Below the pieces are notes generated by a model. It did not search any database and had not been told where the DNA came from. It saw only the letters and a program-made list of their open reading frames with translations. A program made the position numbers and the translations under genes. Source: Dehalococcoidia bacterium (GTDB taxonomy: Bacteria; Chloroflexota; Dehalococcoidia; Plut-88900). From it: a stretch of DNA of 64,000 bases. How positions within the stretch are numbered: position 1 is the stretch's first letter; each line of letters opens with the position of its first letter. This document shows, piece by piece, positions 57,894-64,000 of this stretch. The stretch lies in assembly GCA_965197585.1 (NCBI GenBank), contig OZ240215.1:320001-384000 (forward strand), given 5' to 3'.

Positions 57894-58095
57894 ACTCGGC
57901 GGGTGAAGATCATCCGGGTTCAAATGAATAATGCATTAGGAAGGCATCTAGCCCTTGACGCAAGAATGCATCCGGCAGGAGCATGCGTTATGGTATGAGC
58001 CGCCCATTGGAGCAAGGGCGTGTGAGGCAACAAGACGCCCATCGTGTTAACCGCTCGTGAGACACTAACGTAGACCAGGGTAGGAGGAACACCCG

Positions 58096-58314
58096 TTGAA
58101 AACTCGAATTGACAGGCTTGGCGGAGGGAATACCTACATTGAGCTAAAGATCAGGCCCGACGGTACCGGCTTCCTTGAGATATATGCGACAATAGGCCCG
58201 GCGCGGCGCGATGGTGAGGACATCGCCTTTACACTTAATCGCCGGGAGGCGTACCAGATCGCCGACACCCTCCGGGCTATGGCCTTCTCGGTTGACCGCC
58301 GATTGAGCTACTGA
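58096..58314 (+). CDS. hypothetical protein
   Basis: AGGAGG RBS + TTG. Confidence 0.6.
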   Translation: MKTRIDRLGGGNTYIELKIRPDGTGFLEIYATIGPARRDGEDIAFTLNRREAYQIADTLRAMAFSVDRRLSY

Positions 58315-58398
58315 CGTTGTTGCGAGGTCGCTGTTACCGGAAATGATGGCGGAGGACTGTGGCTGTTTCGTGGCGACGTTAAAGCAAGGAGATAACCA

Positions 58399-58626
58399 AT
58401 GGCTGAAGGGGTCGACAGAATACTAGGTTCCACAAGTAGTAAGGCCGAGGAGATACTGCCAGGCTATGCGGTGTCTTGTAACTCCAGCCCTAGAGCTATC
58501 GGAGTGACGTTAAACCAGAATGACCCACTACACATTAACTTAGAGCACTCGGGAAGTATCCCGACCCGCCAACTCCGCTTAACAGCGGCGTGGAACTCCG
58601 ACCAGGTAACTATCGACAACGTGTAA
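58399..58626 (+). CDS. hypothetical protein
   Basis: AAGGAG RBS + ATG. Confidence 0.55.
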   Translation: MAEGVDRILGSTSSKAEEILPGYAVSCNSSPRAIGVTLNQNDPLHINLEHSGSIPTRQLRLTAAWNSDQVTIDNV

Positions 58627-58747
58627 TACATAGTGCGGGCTCTTTGGGTAGGGGCCGAGAGTAAAGGGTGGCCCGACCCTAACTGGAAACACTAATCGCC
58701 CTGGTACACACGTATATAATCCCCACAATAGAGCCCATTTGTCGGTA

Positions 58748-59029
58748 TTAGCTTGAAAGGCACGCTGGCGTCATCTCCCCGACCACCGGCAACAGGTGGC
58801 GAAGGAGGCCCATTTCGGCGGCCAGGTTGAAAAGGCGGATAAGGTGGCCCGGGTCCGGCCGCGTTCCCTTCCGCCACCGCTTCAGCATTCGTATATCGAC
58901 GCGAAGTCGGCGTGCCAGTTCCCGCCAGGATAACCCTGCGGCTTCCTTGAAACCCTCCAGGCGTTGCGGGAAATCCGGCGGGAACCGCGATGGCTCTATC
59001 TGGTAGACAAATTGATGTTGCCGACCCAT
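58748..59029 (-). CDS. XRE-family HTH regulator
   Basis: FPPDFPQRLEGFKEAAGLSWRELARRLRVD...RW..GT.P. Confidence 0.85.
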   Translation of the reverse strand: MGRQHQFVYQIEPSRFPPDFPQRLEGFKEAAGLSWRELARRLRVDIRMLKRWRKGTRPDPGHLIRLFNLAAEMGLLRHLLPVVGEMTPACLSS

Positions 59030-59031
59030 AG

Positions 59032-59280
59032 CTAACCAGCCCGGCGTAACTCCGGTGCGGCCTCGGGGAGCAGCGCCTCCAGGCCATCGGGAACTTCGGC
59101 TGCCAGCCCTATGAGCGCAAGCATGGCTCCGCCCGACGGCTCCGTCCCATTTCGCCAACGGCATACCCGCTTGTAGTCCACGCCGAGACGCCGGCACATG
59201 GCTTTCCATCCCAGGCCCGAGGCTTCCTTCAGGCGCACCAGCCTCTGCGTGAAGTCAACGGGTATGCGTTGATCGTTCAT
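59032..59280 (-). CDS. XRE-family HTH regulator
   Basis: IPVDFTQRLVRLKEASGLGWKAMCRRLGVD...RW..GT.P. Confidence 0.85.
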   Translation of the reverse strand: MNDQRIPVDFTQRLVRLKEASGLGWKAMCRRLGVDYKRVCRWRNGTEPSGGAMLALIGLAAEVPDGLEALLPEAAPELRRAG

Positions 59281-59311
59281 TCGTCTGATTCTCCTTTGAC
59301 TCTCCATAAAG

Positions 59312-59608
59312 CTAACTCCTCTTCCTAAGTAGGACGACAACGTCCTCGTCCAACAGCTCTCCAAGGCCTTCAGGCACGCGTATCGCCAGCCGCACCAGGG
59401 AGAGCATCGCTCCGCCGTTGGGGCCCCCGCCCCTGCGCCAGCGCAGCAGCTGTCGGTCATCGACGCCCATCGCCACCGCCATTCCCTGCCATGTGAGTCC
59501 GGTCATCTCCTTCAGCGCCTTCAGCCGGTCGTCGAAGTCCTCGGGTATCAGGGCCACACCCGGTGGGATGAACAGTTGAGAACGAGAGGTTGACCGTCTG
59601 TTAATCAT
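59312..59608 (-). CDS. XRE-family HTH regulator
   Basis: IPEDFDDRLKALKEMTGLTWQGMAVAMGVD...RW..G..P. Confidence 0.85.
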   Translation of the reverse strand: MINRRSTSRSQLFIPPGVALIPEDFDDRLKALKEMTGLTWQGMAVAMGVDDRQLLRWRRGGGPNGGAMLSLVRLAIRVPEGLGELLDEDVVVLLRKRS

Positions 59609-59834
59609 CACGCCTCACCACGACGAACAGGTCGTCGAACTCAGGGCTGCCCAGGGCTTCCTGCAGCAGGCCCCGCATCCGCGGAGACGGATTTCTCCTC
59701 CCGTTTATTAGCCTGGAGAGGTAGGCCGACGTGATGCCCAGTCTGCGGGCCATGTCGTTCTGGCTCATGTTCAGCCGGTCCAGCCGGTCCCAAACGGTCC
59801 TGGCGTTGACCTTCACCACGGGGCGCTTATCCAT
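59601..59834 (-). CDS. Cro-like XRE HTH protein
   Basis: NMSQNDMARRLGITSAYLSRLINGRRNPS. Confidence 0.9.
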   Translation of the reverse strand: MDKRPVVKVNARTVWDRLDRLNMSQNDMARRLGITSAYLSRLINGRRNPSPRMRGLLQEALGSPEFDDLFVVVRRDD

Positions 59835-60042
59835 CGCTGCGGTCTTCCTTCCCTTGCAGGGCCCGCCTCTCATCGGATGCGGGGTCCCCGCTATCCGTAG
59901 GATGGAACTCATGCCTGTTGTGGGCGATGGATGCCAGGTGGCGGCGCACGATCATGCGGGCTAGGATCCGCAGCCCTCGCAGCCGCTTCTCCTCCTGCTC
60001 CTTGGTAAGTCGGACCTTCGTATTCACCCTCTCACCTCTCAT
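59827..60042 (-). CDS. small hypothetical ICE protein
   Basis: GLRILARMIVRRHL motif; coupled to the Cro-like gene. Confidence 0.6.
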   Translation of the reverse strand: MRGERVNTKVRLTKEQEEKRLRGLRILARMIVRRHLASIAHNRHEFHPTDSGDPASDERRALQGKEDRSDG

Positions 60043-60127
60043 GGCAGCCCGGCGTCAAAAGGGGTTGGCGCACCGGCGCCGTCTCGGTGTATGATGCACT
60101 TACTAGAACGCTCTAGCTATGGTGTAG

Positions 60128-60216
60128 TAGTGTAACAGTGCTGTATGCTCGCATACAAGACTATTGCGGCCAAATTGCAAGCAGTTCTTGACAAGTGCTG
60201 CCTCTAGTGTAACAAT
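60128..60216 (+). promoter_or_regulatory. divergent control region: sigma70-like promoter of the repressor with repeated operator boxes
   Basis: TTGACA (60188)-17 bp-AACAAT; TAGTGTAACA at 60128 and 60205. Confidence 0.55.
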
Positions 60217-60284
60217 TAGTGACCTGTACATATCCAACACACGATGCGTACAGCTAAGCACTCCAGGTGCCAAGGGAGACTTCG

Positions 60285-60692
60285 ATGAACCACGAGACCG
60301 ACCGCCGGGACGAGGACATAGGACAGATGCTCAAAAGGCTGCGGGGCGAGACCAGCCTGCGGGGCGTACAGCGCCTCACCGGCATCTCCAACGCCTATCT
60401 CTCCCAGATAGAGAAGGGAGACCGCCACCCGGGGCCCAAGCTCCTGCGGAGACTTGCCGTCCTCTACGGTGTGAACATCCAGGAGCTGCTCAGGAAGGCC
60501 GGCTACCTGGACAAGGACGAAAAGGAGGCCGAGGTCGACGAGGCCACGGAGGTGGAGAGGGCCTACCAGTACGTCCTCTCCGACCCCGTATTCCGCGTGG
60601 GCACCCGGCCCAGGGGTCCCCTGTCCATGGAGTCCAAGCGCTTCATAGTCGAGCTCTACGAGCGATACACGGGAAAGAGGCTTCTTCAATGA
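60285..60692 (+). CDS. ImmR/CI-like XRE repressor
   Basis: IGQMLKRLRG..SLR.V...TGISNAYLSQIEKG...P. Confidence 0.9.
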   Translation: MNHETDRRDEDIGQMLKRLRGETSLRGVQRLTGISNAYLSQIEKGDRHPGPKLLRRLAVLYGVNIQELLRKAGYLDKDEKEAEVDEATEVERAYQYVLSDPVFRVGTRPRGPLSMESKRFIVELYERYTGKRLLQ

Positions 60693-61648
60693 ACAGTGCC
60701 ATGCTTGACGATTTCTGCCACGGCCTGACGGGTGGCTGGACTGCCCAGGACAGGCTGCAGCCGCCAGAGGTCGCCCGGAGGTTCGTGGGCTTCTTCGGCT
60801 TCTCCCCCTTTCCCCGCATGGGAGAGATGGTCCGGGTGCTGGAGACAGCGGGTATCGAGACGGTGGCGGACCCCAACTTGGAGAAGGGCCTGAGGGGCAT
60901 GCACCTGGGCACGAGCCACGGGACTTACATCATCCGCTATGACCCCTCCGAGCCGGAGGGGACCCGGGAACACACTGTGTTCCACGAGACATACGAGATC
61001 ATTCGGGAGAGGCTCGCCGACCTACATCCACGCTTGGAGCGGCCCTGGGGCAAGGCGATGTGCCGGCTGGCCGACCGGTTCGCCGCCGCTGCATTGATTC
61101 AGCCCAGGTTCTTCGCCCTCTTCGCCGAGACCACCGGCCTGGACGTGATGGAACTGCAGCGCACCTACGGCCGAGCCTACTCCTCCCTGACCATCCGGCT
61201 GGCCGAGGTGATGCGTCACCAGCCCCTGCTGGCGGTCCTGTACGAGCGCAGCGGGGCGAGAGACCCGCAGCGGTGGGCCGAGCGCCCTTCCCCGGAGGAG
61301 TTCACGGCGACCGTGGTGGCAAGGACGCCGGGGTTCAGGTTGAGGACCGTCAAAAGGCCCTTGTCGGCCCTGCGGGGCCTGCTGCCCCGCAGGGGCTATC
61401 CACCAGCCCAATACTCGGTGGCGGAGCGGGTCATTCTCACGGGAAGGCCCGTATACGTGGAGCGGGTCACGGGCTACGACCTATGGAAAACCGACGACAT
61501 CACCGTGGCCGCAAGGCTGGTCCACTGGCACGGGCGCCTGGCCAAGATAGCTATCGTGGCCGTGCCCTTCCGAGACAGGAAGGTCCTCGCTCCCCAGTTC
61601 ACCCGCGTCTCCTTTGAGCACATTTCCAATGCCCACCAAGTGATGTAG
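60689..61648 (+). CDS. ImmA/IrrE-family metallopeptidase-like anti-repressor (atypical motif)
   Basis: REHTVFHETYE and A.RFAAAALI.P; ATGA coupling to the repressor. Confidence 0.75.
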   Translation: MNSAMLDDFCHGLTGGWTAQDRLQPPEVARRFVGFFGFSPFPRMGEMVRVLETAGIETVADPNLEKGLRGMHLGTSHGTYIIRYDPSEPEGTREHTVFHETYEIIRERLADLHPRLERPWGKAMCRLADRFAAAALIQPRFFALFAETTGLDVMELQRTYGRAYSSLTIRLAEVMRHQPLLAVLYERSGARDPQRWAERPSPEEFTATVVARTPGFRLRTVKRPLSALRGLLPRRGYPPAQYSVAERVILTGRPVYVERVTGYDLWKTDDITVAARLVHWHGRLAKIAIVAVPFRDRKVLAPQFTRVSFEHISNAHQVM

Positions 61649-61771
61649 ATGGGAAGGGACTGGAGCTGGTGTTATCGGCATGGTGCCTACTCGGAAATAA
61701 CGTTGGCGGCTAGTTGTTCGATGATGTATAGTAAGACAACATAAGACTGTAAGGAGCAAAAAAGAGAGAGC

Positions 61772-61972
61772 ATGCCCACTTTGCCCAGGAACACCAAGAC
61801 CATCACCTTCTCCCTTCTCCCGGAGATGGCGGAGGAGGTCCAGCAGGTGATGAGGGAGGAGGGCCGCACCATGAGCGAACTCATCCGCCAGGCCCTCAGG
61901 AACTACATGGAGGAGCGGCAGTGGATCAGGGACATGCGCTACGAGAAGATGAAGGCGCAAGAAGAAGAATAG
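61772..61972 (+). CDS. CopG/RHH-family DNA-binding protein
   Basis: TITFSL.PEM..EV......EGRTMSELIRQALRNY. Confidence 0.9.
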   Translation: MPTLPRNTKTITFSLLPEMAEEVQQVMREEGRTMSELIRQALRNYMEERQWIRDMRYEKMKAQEEE

Positions 61973-61985
61973 ACGAAGATGCAGA

Positions 61986-63635
61986 GTGGAGATTGAACCG
62001 ATGAAAGTACACGATGAACTGATACCGGCAGCCCTGTACGCCAGGGTCTCCAGCGAGCGGCAGGATGTAGACCTATCTGTGTCTGCTCAGTTGCGAGCCC
62101 TTCGAGACTACGCCCAAAAGAACGGATACCTAGTAGCCAGGGAGTACGTCGACGAGGCTGAGAGTGGGCGATTTGCAAACAGACCTCATTTCCGCCTGAT
62201 GCTGGATGAAGCTAGCAAGTCTGACGCCCCGTTTCGAGAAATCCTAGTATGGAAATTCTCCCGCTTCACCAGAAAACGGGAGCACGCAGTGGCTTTTAAG
62301 TCCATGCTCAGGAGACGGGGCATAAGGGTAGTTTCCATTACCGAGCACGCCGACGACACCCCCACCGGCAAGCTCATGGAGGCAATTATCGAGAGCGTAG
62401 ACGAGTTCTACTCTGAGAACTTGGCCCAGGAGGTCACCCGGGGCATGCGGGAGGCCGCCTCCCGAGGTTTTTGGGTGGCTCCAAACATACCCTACGGCTA
62501 CCGCAGAGCATATATACAAGACGGAGGGAAAAAGCGACCAAGGCTTGAGCCCGTCCCACCCGCCGATGGCGTCATACGGCGTATATTCGAAATGGCACTT
62601 AAGGGTAACAGCACCCTGGACATCACAAGGACCTTGAACGAGGAAGGGATCTCCAGTCCAAATGGCAAAAAGTGGCTAAAAACGGGCGTCCATAGAATAC
62701 TCACGAACGAGACTTATACTGGCACTCTGATATGGGGTGTCAACTCCAAGGACAAAGCGCCGCCAGTCCGCGTTGAGGGTGCGTTCCCTGCCATAGTCTC
62801 CGAGGCGGGGTTCCGAAGTGTAGGAGAGATTCTCCGAGCTAGATCGCCTTCGAAGGTTCATCCCAGGCGTGCGGCAAGTCGCTATCTGCTAAGCGGACTT
62901 ACCAAGTGTGACGACTGTAATCGCGCTCTCATCGGCCAAGAGGCCAAGAGTGGAGAATATGCCTATTACGTATGCCACTCTCTGATTAAGCAAGGCAAGG
63001 GAACCTGTAGCACTCCCAGACTTAACGCCAAGAGTTTCGAGAAGCTCATCGTTGGGCAAATTCGTGACCACATTCTCACCGAGAGCAACATCCGGGATTT
63101 AGTGAGGCTAGTAGATGAGGAAATGGACGGTGTTGCCCGGGAACAGCGTCAGAAGCTGCAGACAATCGAGCAGGAGATTGTCGAAGTGCGCCGTAGGCTG
63201 GACAGAATATGGCACGCGCTTGAAACCACTGATTTGGACATCTCTGATGCGTCGTCGCGCATCAAAGGGCACCGGGAGCGAGAGGAACAATTGGAAGTTG
63301 CTGCAAAAGAGGCGAGGGCTGCTTTGTTGGAGCGAAGGACTTTTCTGGACAGGGTGGATACGATCACCGAGTTCGCCAAGGACATGAGCGACTTCCTGAA
63401 AACCAGTAGCCTAACCGAGTGCAAGGCGTTCGTAAGGACCTTCGTCAAGGAGATTAAGGTGAATGCAAGACAAGCGACTGTCGCCTATACGATACCTACT
63501 CCAGACGATAGTCGTCCTGACGAAGAAATCGTGACAGCAATAGGGCTTGGTGATCCAGTTCTGTCTACAGTCCTCTATGGTAGCGCATACGGGATTCGAA
63601 CCCGTGGTCTCCGCCTTGAGAGGGCGGTGTCCTAG
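61986..63635 (+). CDS. large serine recombinase (integrase)
   Basis: ALYARVSS catalytic motif, FSRFTR, PYGY, Zn-ribbon LLSGL.KC..C...YYVC...C, coiled coil; last 19 codons are antisense tRNA. Confidence 0.95.
   Translation: MEIEPMKVHDELIPAALYARVSSERQDVDLSVSAQLRALRDYAQKNGYLVAREYVDEAESGRFANRPHFRLMLDEASKSDAPFREILVWKFSRFTRKREHAVAFKSMLRRRGIRVVSITEHADDTPTGKLMEAIIESVDEFYSENLAQEVTRGMREAASRGFWVAPNIPYGYRRAYIQDGGKKRPRLEPVPPADGVIRRIFEMALKGNSTLDITRTLNEEGISSPNGKKWLKTGVHRILTNETYTGTLIWGVNSKDKAPPVRVEGAFPAIVSEAGFRSVGEILRARSPSKVHPRRAASRYLLSGLTKCDDCNRALIGQEAKSGEYAYYVCHSLIKQGKGTCSTPRLNAKSFEKLIVGQIRDHILTESNIRDLVRLVDEEMDGVAREQRQKLQTIEQEIVEVRRRLDRIWHALETTDLDISDASSRIKGHREREEQLEVAAKEARAALLERRTFLDRVDTITEFAKDMSDFLKTSSLTECKAFVRTFVKEIKVNARQATVAYTIPTPDDSRPDEEIVTAIGLGDPVLSTVLYGSAYGIRTRGLRLERAVS
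63558..63601 (+). other. hybrid attachment site (element arm + tRNA arm)
   Basis: GTTCTGTCTACAGTCCTCTATGGT-AG-CGCATACGGGATTCGAAC; left arm homologous to 4073 and 9609 and supplies the tRNA ACCA end. Confidence 0.8.
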
Positions 63636-63654
63636 GCCGCTAGACGAATGCGCC
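63578..63654 (-). tRNA. tRNA-Glu (anticodon CUC)
   Basis: GGCGCAT acceptor / ATGCGCT-A-CCA, anticodon arm CCGCC-CTCTCAA-GGCGG, T-arm ACGGG-TTCGAAT-CCCGT. Confidence 0.97.
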
Positions 63655-63912
63655 CCGAGATTCGTGACAACCAATACTAAAACGACTCTCTAATTGTAGT
63701 CAACCGGCCCGCGCCTTGGCTCAGCTTTGGATAAGGCTTTACCCGCCCCTAAAAACCTAGCTTGTAACGCCTTCTGGAAATCTCCCGCCCCCGAGAAGGA
63801 ACCAAATCGCCGATCCTTCGTTATAGAAAATGTAAGGACGTTAAATGTCTCGGGCCTTCACAGCGTCCGAGAGAATGTGTACCGCAGACCGGTGAGGAAG
63901 GAGATTGAAACA

Positions 63913-64000
63913 ATGTTCTGGTTAAAGGGTTGCCCCTGGTGCGGAGGCGATCTGTTCTCCGGCACCGATCTGTTCGGCCACTACATCACCTGTTTCCAGT
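63913..64000 (+). CDS. small CxxC zinc-ribbon protein (partial), chromosomal flank
   Basis: AAGGAG RBS; MFWLKGCPWCGGDLF...YITCFQ. Confidence 0.75.
   Translation, partial: MFWLKGCPWCGGDLFSGTDLFGHYITCFQ

Larger units (their letters stand above)
9643..63581. mobile_element. integrative conjugative element (~54 kb) integrated in tRNA-Glu via a large serine recombinase
   Basis: Integrase overlapping the tRNA 3' end, VirB4/VirD4/relaxase module, ICE-type leading region; nearest matching att right arm at 9643 (left boundary inferred). Confidence 0.8.

Noticed and set aside
27232-57923. Long antisense or alternative-frame ORFs (e.g. 27232-28602, 35042-36640, 35734-37179, 43512-44705, 45524-46738, 47320-48798, 54316-56397)
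   Set aside because: Shadow ORFs of high-GC coding sequence overlapping genes with clear motifs and RBSs; Arg/Pro/Gly-rich with no domains.
63411-63674. 87-aa minus-strand ORF across the tRNA
   Set aside because: It is the translation of the tRNA-Glu gene and antisense integrase.

Overview
Almost the whole window (1-63581) is accessory DNA anchored at the 3' end of a tRNA-Glu(CUC) gene (63578-63654, minus strand). The host is probably a Dehalococcoidia/SAR202-like Chloroflexota. That is an inference from gene style: an FN3/PPC-repeat secreted protein, Pro/Thr-rich lipoprotein linkers, a small CxxC protein after the tRNA, and a T4SS with no peptidoglycan hydrolase. From the right end: a large serine recombinase whose reading frame runs into the antisense tRNA; an XRE/ImmA-type switch; a minimal conjugation module (VirB6-, pilin-, PrgI-, VirB4-, VirD4-like and a Replic_Relax relaxase); and a long minus-strand leading region (primase, Rad52/Sak, SSB, RadC, DNA MTase, SNF2 helicase, a PRTRC-type Ubl/E2/JAB/E1 cluster, DUF2958). 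Cargo follows: secreted repeat proteins, a decaying NarL-type two-component system, and a 9-gene candidate defence/DNA-modification locus (radical SAM, 2 GHKL ATPases, 2 ParB-like proteins, PD-(D/E)xK nuclease, SNF2, MTase-like). The main hidden signal is three direct 54-bp repeats (4094, 6706, 9640). Each encodes an alternative in-frame C-terminus for the integrase and forms an attP-like half-site, and two are preceded by a copy of the integrase-side arm. They split the left end into integrase-free cassettes carrying HEPN-like genes, a metabolic pair and an HsdR_N-ATPase, which resembles an integron-like array driven by a serine recombinase. All family calls come from motifs read by eye; no database search was run.
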